Program-made: the position numbers and the translations under genes
NCBI GenBank assembly: GCA_964202905.1
Contig: CAXNJO010000012.1
Span: 86,308-150,307, forward strand
Direction of reading: 5' to 3'
Origin: Polyangiales bacterium
Lineage (GTDB): Bacteria > Myxococcota_A > Polyangia > Polyangiales > JADJQN01
DNA length: 64,000 nt
In this document: positions 12,978 to 22,589 of the stretch, one piece after another
How the letters are laid out: each line of letters begins with the position of its first letter
Numbering within the stretch: position 1 is the first letter of the stretch
The notes under the pieces: model-generated
Seen by the model: the letters and a program-made list of their open reading frames with translations, nothing else
Database searches by the model: none
What the model was told of the DNA's origin: nothing

Positions 12978-13580
12978 TCAATCGCGTCGGGCGCTGCCCC
13001 CGAGTCCCTGCGAATGGCCTTGGCCCGTCTGGACGACGACGAAGCGGACATTCTTGAACTCGGCCTGGCCGCACGTGTAGACGACCTCGATGAGCGTGCG
13101 GTACGGCGTGCGCTTGTCGGCGACGATCTGGACCTCGCCCGAGAAGGGCCGCTGCGGATTCCGCGACGCAATCAGCTTGTGCAGATCACGCTTCGCCTGC
13201 ATCGGGTCGAGCAGCGGATTGATGAGAAACGCGTTGGCGCCGCCGTTCTTGAGGCTCGGATCGACGAGCCCGTTGCGGAGCGAGAGCGCACGCGTCCCGT
13301 CGACGAGGATGTCGTTCTGCGAGATCGTCACGACGACCGCCGGCTCGGCGGGACGCTCGGACGTCGAGGTCGGGATCTGGAGTTCGGCGCTCTGCGTGAT
13401 GTTCGCCGAGGTGGTCGCGAACTGCTGGATCAAGAAGACGAGCAGGATCGTCATCATGTCCATCATCGCGTAGATGTTGAGCTCTTGGTGCTCGTGCTCA
13501 GGCATCCGGCGCAGACGCTTGCGGATGATCCGCTTCACGTCGCTGGTGCGCGCCATCTCCGGGTTGTTCGGCTCGCTCAT
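12978..13580 (-). CDS. ExbD/TolR family protein
   Basis: TM ELNIYAMMDMMTILLVFL with conserved Asp; C-terminal ADKRTPY motif. Confidence 0.88.
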   Translation of the reverse strand: MSEPNNPEMARTSDVKRIIRKRLRRMPEHEHQELNIYAMMDMMTILLVFLIQQFATTSANITQSAELQIPTSTSERPAEPAVVVTISQNDILVDGTRALSLRNGLVDPSLKNGGANAFLINPLLDPMQAKRDLHKLIASRNPQRPFSGEVQIVADKRTPYRTLIEVVYTCGQAEFKNVRFVVVQTGQGHSQGLGGSARRD

Positions 13581-13605
13581 GTCCGTCTCCGTCGTCCGGT
13601 TCCGC

Positions 13606-14163
13606 TCAGCGCACGCCGGCTGAGAGCATCACGTTGGGGAAGAGCTCCGTCGTCCCCTGGCTGTGGAGTGCGTCCATCGCGCGGATCATGTGCTCATACT
13701 CGATCGTCGGGTCCGCACCGACGATGACCTGATTTTCGTCGGCGAACTGCGGCTCGGCCTTCACGCGCGCGACGCACGCGGTGAGCGCGGCCCAGTCGTA
13801 ACCGTTGGCATTGCGCGGCACGGTCATCACGCGCCCGCTCGCAGTCGTCGCACAACCCGGCGCGAGCTTCCCGCCCGAGCCCGCGACCACCACCCCCTCG
13901 GCCGTGACCGTCACGCTGAGGTTGAGCGCGCTGCTCTCGGTCTGCGAACCCCGGCCGCGGCCGAGCTGCGGCAACTGCGCCTCGATCTCGGCGAGGGCCA
14001 ACACGGCCTGCGTCGTCGCGAGGAGGAACATGATGATGTTCATGACGATGTCGAGGAACGGAACGATGTTCAGTTCACCGGCCGTCTCGGACGGGTCCAG
14101 ATCGTGGACCGACGTCTTCTTGCGGATGTACGAGCGCTGCGAACCGGTCAGCTTGCGCGCCAT
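13606..14163 (-). CDS. ExbD/TolR family protein
   Basis: TM ELNIVPFLDIVMNIIMFLL; ADPTIEYEHMIRAMD motif. Confidence 0.88.
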   Translation of the reverse strand: MARKLTGSQRSYIRKKTSVHDLDPSETAGELNIVPFLDIVMNIIMFLLATTQAVLALAEIEAQLPQLGRGRGSQTESSALNLSVTVTAEGVVVAGSGGKLAPGCATTASGRVMTVPRNANGYDWAALTACVARVKAEPQFADENQVIVGADPTIEYEHMIRAMDALHSQGTTELFPNVMLSAGVR

Positions 14164-14239
14164 GTGGCCTCCGACGCAGACGCCCCACCCACGCCCCCCG
14201 CGATCGCCGTTCGCGCCGGGGCGGGAAGGGGCCTGCGAC

Positions 14240-14869
14240 TCACTCCGGGCGGCCCTTGAGGGTCAGCAGGTTCTCGAGCTTCATCACGGCCTTCTCCAGC
14301 TCGGACTTGTGCTTCTTGGACATGCCGTGGAGGATGAGGTGGAAGAACATGCACGTCACGGCGATGCCGAGACCCAGCGCCGTGTTCCACATGGCCTCGG
14401 AGATGCCCTTCGAGAGCAGCGCCGACTTCTGATCCGGCGACGCGAAAGCGACGGCGGCGAACGACTTGATCAGACCCGAGATCGTGCCGAGGAGGCCGAT
14501 GAGGGTCGCGATGTTCGCGAGCGACCACAGCGTGCCGATGCGCTTCTCGAGCTCGGGCACGACCTCGGCGAGACGCTCCTCCATCGCGGCGATGACCGCG
14601 TCTTCTCCGCGGTTCACCTGCGTGAGGCCGGATTTCACGACCTGCAGCAGCGGCAGCGGCGCGGCTTCGCACAGCTTGATCGCACGGTCGATGTTGCCGG
14701 CCTGCACGAGCTTGCGGACCTGCGCCATGAACTCACCCGCGTTCACGCGATAGCGGGTCAGAATGAAGACGAAGCGCTCGGTCACGATGCCCAGCACGAA
14801 AGCGAGCACCGCGACGTTGATGAACGAGAACGGTGCGCCATCCGAAAGAGCATGCCAGATAGTGTCCAT
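14240..14869 (-). CDS. MotA/TolQ/ExbB proton channel protein
   Basis: ANIATLIGLLGTISGLI and GISEAMWNTALGL motifs. Confidence 0.92.
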   Translation of the reverse strand: MDTIWHALSDGAPFSFINVAVLAFVLGIVTERFVFILTRYRVNAGEFMAQVRKLVQAGNIDRAIKLCEAAPLPLLQVVKSGLTQVNRGEDAVIAAMEERLAEVVPELEKRIGTLWSLANIATLIGLLGTISGLIKSFAAVAFASPDQKSALLSKGISEAMWNTALGLGIAVTCMFFHLILHGMSKKHKSELEKAVMKLENLLTLKGRPE

Positions 14870-15088
14870 CGACGAGATCCTTTCGATCGTCCTCTGGTGT
14901 GACCGCAGATCGGAGTTTCCGGGCGACACCGACCCCCGCGTCACGTCTCACCTCAGACCGGAGACGGCCCGCGACAAACGGGATTCCGCACACACCGATC
15001 TTTGCTTGCCCCCGACGAGTCTGTTTCCCCGACGAATCGCCCTCGCGTGCTGCGGAGAGCACCCGTCAGGCGGGTGAAAGCGAGCGGG

Positions 15089-15118
15089 AGGCTAGCCCAG
15101 TCTCGCGCGCGTTGTCAA
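15089..15118 (-). promoter_or_regulatory. Sigma70-type promoter for the minus-strand TolQR triad
   Basis: TTGACA (15118-15113)-N18-TAGCCT (15094-15089). Confidence 0.45.
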
Positions 15119-15459
15119 CGGACGATTGCGCTCGCCCCCTCGGACGACGCCGCCCCGGCGCGTCGGAAACCTCACGCTGACGGCATCGTCCGCGGCATCG
15201 GGTACGGCCCGGGGGGCGAGGGCAGCGCCCGCGCACTTCCAGGGATTGTCCCAGTCTCGCCGGACTGACCACTTCGGTCGCGCGCGGCTCCGCGCATCGC
15301 GCCGCCGGTGCCCATGGAGCGCCGTCACCGATCCCGCGAGATCCCGCACGCGGAGCAGCGACGAGTCGGGAACTTCGCAGCCCGCGCGGCGTCGAACCCG
15401 CGTCGGCGTGCGTGTTCAGCGCGTCGTGCGTATGTCCGCGAACGAAACTCAGATCGATG

Positions 15460-15487
15460 TTGACACCCTGGGTGACCTGGGTAGGAT
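15460..15487 (+). promoter_or_regulatory. Sigma70-type promoter for the plus-strand TolQR triad
   Basis: TTGACA-N16-TAGGAT. Confidence 0.5.
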
Positions 15488-15654
15488 GGCTCCGCTTCGA
15501 CTGGCCGCTTTCGGGCGGTTGACGACGAGCGCGCGCGCCTGGCAAAACGCCCGGCGAGCTGAACACAGGGCCGCGAGGCCTGCCGAGCAACGGGAGCCGC
15601 GCAGGGGGATCGACGGTGATCCGCCACGTGGTATCGCGAGGAGGGTAGAGATCG

Positions 15655-16305
15655 ATGTCGACGATGTTCAAGCATTTCGAAGAGGGCGGCTGGGGCATGT
15701 ACCCCATCCTTTTCTGGCAGGTCATCGCGATCGGCGTGATCGTCGAGCGCGCCATCTATCTCTACAAGTGCTCGATCAACAAGGACGTGTTCCTCGCGAC
15801 CATGCAGAAGTGCATCCTCGCGGGTGACGTCGGCCGCGCGATCAAGCTCTGCTCGGCTGCGAACGCGCCCCTCGCGCGCATCGTCAAGGCGGGCCTCATG
15901 CGCGTCAACCGCCCCGACGCCGAGGTCCAGTCGGCGATGGACGAGTCGGCGCTCCGCGAGCTTCCGAAGATCGAGCACCGCACGGGCTACCTCGCCCTCC
16001 TCGCCAACCTCGCCATGCTCTCGGGCCTCCTCGGGACCGTGACGGGCCTCATCGCCGCGTTCGGCGCCGTCGCGAACGCCGACGCCGCCTCGAAGGCGAC
16101 CATGCTCGCGAAGGGCATCTCGGAGGCCATGAACTGCACGGCCTTCGGTCTCCTCGCCGCCATCGTCGCGCTCATCGGCTTCGCCATCCTCAACGGCAAG
16201 ACGCAGGGCCTCGTCGACGACATCAATGGAGCGACCGTCGAGGTGTTGAACCTCGTCGTGAACAACCGCTCGAAGGTCAACCTGCAGGGCATCCAGCAGG
16301 GCTGA
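15655..16305 (+). CDS. aglR: MotA/TolQ/ExbB protein, probable gliding motor subunit AglR
   Basis: GGWGMYPIL...ERA...SINKD; GLLGTVTGLI; GISEAMNCTAFGL; GAGGAGG RBS. Orthology to AglR is from recalled similarity and gene order. Confidence 0.75.
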   Translation: MSTMFKHFEEGGWGMYPILFWQVIAIGVIVERAIYLYKCSINKDVFLATMQKCILAGDVGRAIKLCSAANAPLARIVKAGLMRVNRPDAEVQSAMDESALRELPKIEHRTGYLALLANLAMLSGLLGTVTGLIAAFGAVANADAASKATMLAKGISEAMNCTAFGLLAAIVALIGFAILNGKTQGLVDDINGATVEVLNLVVNNRSKVNLQGIQQG

Positions 16306-16743
16306 TCGCTTCCGGTGGGCGCGGGCCGCAGCAGCTTCTTGCTGTGCGCGGCCCGCGGCGCCCCGCCCGGCTCTCTCTTCCCGTTCGGGTTGGATTTTCG
16401 CGCATCACGCCTCGCTTTCCTTCGCACGCCTCACGCCTCGGACCGGCCTCGAACACGCAGCCCTCTCCACGTAGGGCTCGGTTTGGCAGGTGGACTTCAC
16501 GTAGGCGGCCACAGGTTCCGGATCGGCGAAACAGTTTCAGGTCGGCGGGCACAGATTGCCCCTCCCGATGACGGTTCGCGGTGAGGGCCTTCGGGGCACC
16601 GACATCCCGCGTCTCTCGCTCCCGCAACGCGATCGGATGAGACCGGTCGGGTTGCCCCATCAGAAGACACCGGTCGGGCGGCAGGTTCGGATCGCGCCGA
16701 CCAGGGGGCCTAAAAGGGCCCATGACTCACAGGAGAATGTCCC

Positions 16744-17217
16744 ATGGGTGGTATCAGCGTCGGCGGTCATGGCGGCAAAAAAGCTCTGGATGCCGAGATC
16801 CCGCTCGTTCCGTTCATCGACCTGCTCCTCTGCTGCATCATGTTCCTGCTGGTCACCGCCGTGTGGAACCAGCTCGCGCGACTCAACGCCAACCAGCAAT
16901 CGCCAGGCCAGCCCAACGTCGACACCCCGCCGCCGCAGACCCCGCAGATCAAGCTGATCCTGCAGGTCACGAGCACGGGCTTCGTCCTCGCGTCCACCGC
17001 TGGTGACCGTACGGAGATCCCGAAGAACGGCGACACGTTCGACCTCGAAGAGCTCAAGAACAAGCTTCAGGAGCGTCACCGCATGGAGCCCAACCGCCGC
17101 GACATCACCGTCGCTCCCGAGGACGGCGTCCAGTACAAGGATGTCGTCGCCGCGATGGACATCGTGGTCGGTGAGGGCTACCCCGAGATGAACCTCTCGG
17201 ACGGCGCGAGCATGTGA
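16744..17217 (+). CDS. aglQ: ExbD/TolR protein, probable AglQ
   Basis: MGG...GGKKALDAEIPLVPFIDLL...TAVW; conserved Asp26; AGGAG RBS. Confidence 0.72.
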   Translation: MGGISVGGHGGKKALDAEIPLVPFIDLLLCCIMFLLVTAVWNQLARLNANQQSPGQPNVDTPPPQTPQIKLILQVTSTGFVLASTAGDRTEIPKNGDTFDLEELKNKLQERHRMEPNRRDITVAPEDGVQYKDVVAAMDIVVGEGYPEMNLSDGASM

Positions 17218-17274
17218 CCGTTCGCTCCGCACCATCTCCAGTCAGCGTCGTCTAGCGTCCAGAGGAGCCTCCCT

Positions 17275-17811
17275 GTGCCCATCGCGAAACCCGGCAAAGT
17301 CCTGCTCACGCGCGTGCCCCTGAAGTTCGTCGCCAAGCGAGTCGGCGGCGCGAATCACAAGGCCGTCGATGCGTCGATTCCGCTGGTCCCCTTCATTGAC
17401 TTCCTCATCACGCTCGTCGTCTTCCTGCTGACTTCGTTCAGCGCGTCCGGAGAGCTGCTCGCCCAGCAGCCAAACCTGAAGATGCCCAACGCGCACAACG
17501 TCGCGGACCTCGAGATTTCGCCGATCATCTCGATCAATCCCCAGGTCATGACGCTCGACGGGCGCCGCATGGCCGACACGAACAGCCTCGCGACGAATCC
17601 GCAGCTCGAGCGCATCGAGCAGCTCGTGCAGGACCTCGAGACGCTGAAGCGCAACTGGTCCATCCTGCACCCGTCGCAGCCTTTCCCCGCGACGGTCATC
17701 GTCCAGGCCGACCAATCGATCGACTTCCGCGTCATCAAGAAGGCGATGTTTTCGGCGGCGCAGGCCGGCTACTCGAACATCAGCTTCGCCGTCAATCGCA
17801 TGGGCGAGTGA
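17275..17811 (+). CDS. aglS: ExbD/TolR protein, probable AglS
   Basis: MPIAKPG...LVPFIDFLITLVVFLLTSFSASGELL; conserved Asp42; ADQSIDF motif. Confidence 0.72.
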   Translation: MPIAKPGKVLLTRVPLKFVAKRVGGANHKAVDASIPLVPFIDFLITLVVFLLTSFSASGELLAQQPNLKMPNAHNVADLEISPIISINPQVMTLDGRRMADTNSLATNPQLERIEQLVQDLETLKRNWSILHPSQPFPATVIVQADQSIDFRVIKKAMFSAAQAGYSNISFAVNRMGE

Positions 17812-17956
17812 GCGGTCGCGTCCCGACGCAACCCGGGGCGCGCATCGGAGATCGCCAAACGTTCGTGAAGGAACAGGGGCCCCGCGGGAACGCGGGGCTT
17901 CGTCATTTGTCCGTCCACGCAGACGGTGGGGTGCGCGCCCCCGAGACCGGAGCACC

Positions 17957-19009
17957 ATGAGCCAGACCCCGCCTGACGAGCCCGCCGGATCGCACGCGCT
18001 GCTCGAGCCCGCGCGCCCCGACAGCGGGGGCGAGGAGCGCGCCTTCGCGCAGCGCCTGCCCTGGCGCTGGATCGCCATCGGCGCGGCGGTCATCGCCGTC
18101 GTGCTCGGCGGCTACGGGTATCGCCGGGAGGCGGAGGCGAGCGCCCTGCGCGCGCAGATCCTCCGGGTGCACAGCGGCGAGCTCGCGGAGCTCGGCACGC
18201 GCTACACCGCGTTCCTGCGGGAGCTCGAGGGGCTCGTCACGGCGGAGGCGCGCCGGAGTGCGCCGGAGCGCGTCGTCGATCCGCGGCTGCGGATCGCCGC
18301 CCTCGGCAGCGGGCAAGGCCTTTACCTCCGCGTCGCGGCGAACGAGGCCACCGATCCGGACAAGCTCGCAGCCGCCGCGCTCCGCATGGAATCCGACGCC
18401 ATCACGCGTTGTCTCGGCGTCGTGCCCGCGTCGGCGCGGAGCCTCTACGCGCTCAAGGGCTTCCTCGGTCCGGAGCTCGTCGAGCGCGCGAACGCGACCA
18501 CGAGCGTGATGGGCCTGCGGGTCATCGACGACGAGTTGCGGCGGCGCATGGTCCGCGATCTGCCTCCCGTCGCGAACCTCATGCGGAGCGACTGGTTCCT
18601 CCTCGTGTTGCAGCGGGGCGAGAACCGGCGCGATCACCCCGTCGACGTGTACCTCTGGGACTTGCGCAGCCGTCGGAAGCTGCTCGCCGTGCGCACGCAG
18701 GCCAACGGTCTGCTCGTGCCGGTGCGCATCGAGCTGCCCGGCGTGCGCGCCGCGCCACGGCCAGCGCCCAGCTCAGGCGGAGGCGGCGCGAGCGACTGCT
18801 CGATCGCCGCGCAGGTGAAGGAACTCACGGGCGAGCCCTCGACGCGGTTCGGTTCGGACTTGGGGGCCGCTGGGCCCGGAGCCCCAGCCACAACGGGCAG
18901 CGCGTCGCCTGGGGTCGGCAGCGACACGCCGCCTGCGGCCGGCAGCGACCCCTCCCCCGCGGACGGCCACGACGCACCAGACGTCGAGAACGCGGGCGCG
19001 ACGCCCTGA
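17957..19009 (+). CDS. Hypothetical membrane-anchored protein
   Basis: 350-aa ORF with one N-terminal TM helix, GGAG RBS and typical codon bias. Confidence 0.7.
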   Translation: MSQTPPDEPAGSHALLEPARPDSGGEERAFAQRLPWRWIAIGAAVIAVVLGGYGYRREAEASALRAQILRVHSGELAELGTRYTAFLRELEGLVTAEARRSAPERVVDPRLRIAALGSGQGLYLRVAANEATDPDKLAAAALRMESDAITRCLGVVPASARSLYALKGFLGPELVERANATTSVMGLRVIDDELRRRMVRDLPPVANLMRSDWFLLVLQRGENRRDHPVDVYLWDLRSRRKLLAVRTQANGLLVPVRIELPGVRAAPRPAPSSGGGGASDCSIAAQVKELTGEPSTRFGSDLGAAGPGAPATTGSASPGVGSDTPPAAGSDPSPADGHDAPDVENAGATP

Positions 19010-19098
19010 CCGTGCCGCGTGCGCGCCCGGCGACGCGACGCCGCCGGACCCGAGGCCGCCTGCGCTATCCTCGGCGACTTCACGAGGAGACCGAGCCG

Positions 19099-19686
19099 AT
19101 GGCGCTGGCAGACCTGCTCGCGGGCCCGAGCCCGGAGATCACGCGAATCTCGGATTATCTGGATGGTCTGGAAACACCGGAGCGCGTCGCGGAGACGTTG
19201 GCGCTCCCAGGGCGCGCGCAGGCCACCTTGTTCGAGGCTGCGAGCGGTTTCCGTCCGATCGGGCTCGACGACCTCGTGCCCGCGGCGTGCGCGCCGCTCG
19301 AGGAGGTGCCGCACCTCGGGCGCAATTCACTCCTCGCGTTCCAGCGCTTCGCCAAGGTGTTCTGCCGTCCGGACGGCGACACGGAGGGCGAGCTCTGGGG
19401 CTACAACCGCAACCCGCGGCCCTTCATCGAGACCGTCGTCGGCCCTGGGTACTACGTCGCCTATCCGTGGACGACACCGGGCGAGGTGCTGGTCGACTAC
19501 CTCCGCACGCCACCGCGGAAGCCGGACGGCTGGCCGCCGATCCTCCCGAACTCCGCGCGGCTCTCCCGCTTCGTCTACAACGGCACCCAGGACGTGCTCC
19601 GTGGCGTCTCGCGGCACGTGTCGATCGGGCGCGCTGCGCGTCACGGCAAGGTGATGGACAACTGGTTCGTGCTCTGCCGCGCGTGA
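19099..19686 (+). CDS. Hypothetical protein
   Basis: GAGGAG RBS; globular 195-aa sequence (GRNSL...FAKVFCRP...WGYN...GPGYY). Confidence 0.7.
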   Translation: MALADLLAGPSPEITRISDYLDGLETPERVAETLALPGRAQATLFEAASGFRPIGLDDLVPAACAPLEEVPHLGRNSLLAFQRFAKVFCRPDGDTEGELWGYNRNPRPFIETVVGPGYYVAYPWTTPGEVLVDYLRTPPRKPDGWPPILPNSARLSRFVYNGTQDVLRGVSRHVSIGRAARHGKVMDNWFVLCRA

Positions 19687-19748
19687 CGCGCGCGCCCTTC
19701 CCCCCGTTGGCGCGTGGCCCCATCCCGATGCACATCAGGGGCACGACT

Positions 19749-20234
19749 GTGAGGACCATCGTCATCGAGTCGCTGCGGGTGCTTGCCGTCGGGGCCGCGC
19801 TCGGCCTCGCGCACGGGCTCGTGCGCGGCTGGCCGACGCTGCCGGCACCGCAGGCGGAAGCGACGAGCTGCGGGAGCCCTGTCGCTGCGGAGCCGAGCGT
19901 CGCGTGGATCCGCTGCGAGGACGCGCGCCCGCTCGCGGACGACGGCAGCGTCGCCTTCGTCGACGCGCGCAGCGCCGAGGAGTTCCTCGCGGGGCATGTC
20001 ACCCGCGCGGTGTCGGCGCCCATCGAAGAGACCGGCGTCGTCGGACCTTCGGTCGTCGACGCGCTGCGCGGCGCTCGCCTCGTCATCGCGTACTGCGACA
20101 CCACGGGGAGTTGCGCGCGGTCGACGCGGCTCGCGGGGCTGCTCGCGCGGGCGGGCCTCCCCGACGTGCGCGTGCTCGAGGGCGGGATGGCGGCCTGGCT
20201 CGAGAGCGGTTTCCCCGCCGAGGCGGGGCCATGA
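19749..20234 (+). CDS. Rhodanese-like domain protein
   Basis: FVDARSAEEFLAGHV, IAYCD and VLEGGMAAW; N-terminal TM; start uncertain (19728 or 19749). Confidence 0.82.
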   Translation: MRTIVIESLRVLAVGAALGLAHGLVRGWPTLPAPQAEATSCGSPVAAEPSVAWIRCEDARPLADDGSVAFVDARSAEEFLAGHVTRAVSAPIEETGVVGPSVVDALRGARLVIAYCDTTGSCARSTRLAGLLARAGLPDVRVLEGGMAAWLESGFPAEAGP

Positions 20235-20710
20235 GCCGCTTCTTCGGGACGCGGGCGGGGAACGCGTCCGTGATGGTCGCGCGGGCGATCGTGGGCGTCG
20301 TGTTCCTCGCGGCCGCGCTCCCGAAGATCGCCGATCCGCACGCCTTCGCGGTCGCCATCGACAACTACCACCTCGTGCCGGAGGCGGTCGCTCGCGCGGC
20401 CGGCGCAGCCCTGCCGCTGCTCGAGCTGGTCGCGGCGCTCGCGTTGCTGAGCGGCGTGCACGCGCGCGGCGCGGCGCTCGTCTCGGGGGGCATGCTGCTC
20501 GTGTTCGCGGGGGCGCTCACGCACGCGCTGCGCCTCGACATCAACGTCGACTGCGGCTGCTTCGGGGCCGCGGCACGCTCGGAGGTCGGCTGGGGCAGCG
20601 TCGCGCGGAACGTCGCGCTGACGGCGCTCTGCGCGCTGGTGGTGCGCGCACCCGACGTCGGCTGGCGCGCGCTCGTCGGGCGCGGCGCACCCAGGCGGAG
20701 CGGCGCCTGA
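20231..20710 (+). CDS. MauE/DoxX family membrane protein
   Basis: FLAAALPKIADP, PLLEL and DCGCFG motifs; ATGA overlap with the rhodanese gene. Confidence 0.85.
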   Translation: MSRFFGTRAGNASVMVARAIVGVVFLAAALPKIADPHAFAVAIDNYHLVPEAVARAAGAALPLLELVAALALLSGVHARGAALVSGGMLLVFAGALTHALRLDINVDCGCFGAAARSEVGWGSVARNVALTALCALVVRAPDVGWRALVGRGAPRRSGA

Positions 20711-20767
20711 CACCGCGCGGCGCGCCCACACGCAGCGGCGCCTGACACGGCGCGGCGGGCAGGCGCG

Positions 20768-21688
20768 TCAGCGAGGTCGGCGGCTGCGGCGCGCGCGCAC
20801 GAGGAGCACGAGACCGACCCCGAGCGCCGCGATCGCGGAGGGCGACGCGGCGCGCCCCGTGCCGGCTGCCCGACAGCCGCATCCTTCGTCGGGCTCGCCG
20901 CAGCGCAGCGTCGCGCCGCCGCGCGGCGTGTCGTCGCAGGCGGCGCCGTCGAAGGTGCCCGGCGGATAGGCGTTGCAGAAGCCCTCGACGTCGTCGGCCT
21001 TGAGGATGCGCTTGAGCACCTCGCCGGGTGGTGAGCTCGGGAACATCGACGCGCTCGCGACCGAGCTGTGTGCGAGCCCGAAGTAGTGCCCGGCTTCGTG
21101 GGTGAGCACGTTCTGCAGGTCGACCCGACCGTCCGCGCAGCCCGTCGGTGACGGGCAATCGGCGTAGACACGCCCGTCCTCGTTGATCTCCATGTCGACG
21201 TCGAAGATCTCGCCGGTCCGGGTGCTGTGCCACACGGTCGTCACCGCATAGGCGCTCGGGTCGTAGCCGCGCGCGGGCCAGTCGTCGGCGAAGATCATCG
21301 TGCTGACGTTCGGACCATCGATCACGTAGTCGGACCGATCGCAGAGGCTCGCGTCCGCGGCGAGGTGCGCCTCGAGGCTGGGCATGCCCGGGGTCGTGAC
21401 ACCCTCGCACTCGATGGTCTCCCATTGCGCGAAGGAGAGCGCGAAGAGTTCGCGCACCCGCGCGAGCGGGATCGTCGCGGAGCCGGCGCCGAATACGTGG
21501 TAGCGCGAGCAGGGGCGCCGCCACGCGAGTGGCGTACCCGTCGGGCACATGCCGGCCGGGGGCGGCGACTGCGAGGTCGTCGTGCGGCACCAGGCGCGCG
21601 CCGGCCGGACGCCGAGCGGCGCGACGAGCACGACACCGAGCGCGACGAGCACGGCCAAGACACGGACGCTCGCGGGGTCAGGGCGCAC
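20768..21688 (-). CDS. Matrixin-family zinc metalloprotease with MYXO-CTERM-like tail
   Basis: HEAGHYFGLAH metzincin motif and Met-turn SMFP; signal peptide; C-terminal GCGC, TM and Arg cluster; start approximate. Confidence 0.82.
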   Translation of the reverse strand: MRPDPASVRVLAVLVALGVVLVAPLGVRPARAWCRTTTSQSPPPAGMCPTGTPLAWRRPCSRYHVFGAGSATIPLARVRELFALSFAQWETIECEGVTTPGMPSLEAHLAADASLCDRSDYVIDGPNVSTMIFADDWPARGYDPSAYAVTTVWHSTRTGEIFDVDMEINEDGRVYADCPSPTGCADGRVDLQNVLTHEAGHYFGLAHSSVASASMFPSSPPGEVLKRILKADDVEGFCNAYPPGTFDGAACDDTPRGGATLRCGEPDEGCGCRAAGTGRAASPSAIAALGVGLVLLVRARRSRRPR

Positions 21689-22307
21689 GCTGCGCCTCGC
21701 GGAGCTGCCGGACCGCGGCGCGGACCTCGCCGAGCGGACGCGGCGTCGCCAGCGCGGGCGGCGCAGGTACCAAGGCTCCGCGCACGGCCTGCACGAGGGC
21801 CAGCCCCTCCCCGCCCGGCAGCACGCGCTCCTCGCCGCCCCGCACCTCAGGCGCCGCGAGGTGCATGACGCCCTGCGACATCCCGACCGGGCGCAGGCGC
21901 CCGCTGCCCGACGCCGCAGGCGCCGCGAAGACCAGTACCCGCGTGCCGTCCGCGAAGAGCGGCTCGCCCTCGATGCGCATGCCGAGCTCGCCGATGGCGC
22001 CGCCGAAGCGCTCGAGCACGACCCGGTCACCGACCTGCGCAGCCCCGAAGAGCGTCTCGTCGACCCGCAGCGTGACGTCCGTAACGATGCGCCCGCGTTC
22101 ATCCCAGCGGGGGTGCTGCGACTCCACGCGCGCGACGACGACCTGGCTCGCGCGCGCGACGAGGGCCGCCAAATCGAGCGCGAGCATGAGTGACGCGGAT
22201 GCGGACGGCGCGATGCCGAACACGCTCAGCGGCGCGAGGAGAAGGACCGCACGGAGAAGGGCCGCGCGCACGCGGAGAGACACGGGTGCTGCCACGGCGG
22301 ACAGCAT
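21678..22307 (-). CDS. Secreted hypothetical protein co-transcribed with the matrixin
   Basis: Signal peptide; LAALVARASQVVVARV...IVTDVTLRVDETL...GG pattern. Confidence 0.7.
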   Translation of the reverse strand: MLSAVAAPVSLRVRAALLRAVLLLAPLSVFGIAPSASASLMLALDLAALVARASQVVVARVESQHPRWDERGRIVTDVTLRVDETLFGAAQVGDRVVLERFGGAIGELGMRIEGEPLFADGTRVLVFAAPAASGSGRLRPVGMSQGVMHLAAPEVRGGEERVLPGGEGLALVQAVRGALVPAPPALATPRPLGEVRAAVRQLREAQRAP

Positions 22308-22589
22308 GCGGAGCGCAGGGTGCGCGGGTCAAGGACAGGCCAACAGCGCGGCGCAGCACGGGAGGCCGCCCGGTGCAGTAGGCGGACCGGCGCAGCAGGC
22401 AGCCGGCGCGGCACGCGTCCCGCGACCGCACATGGTGCGCGACGGCAAGCGGCGCCGACGGGCCCGTGCGCGGCGACGGACGCGCGAAGGCCGCTCGACC
22501 CGGCTTGCGGGAGAGCGGCCTCGCGGGGGAGCGGCCTGTCGCGGTCGGTCGTCGGAACCGGGCGACCCGCGCTGGGCGGGCGGCCGGGT

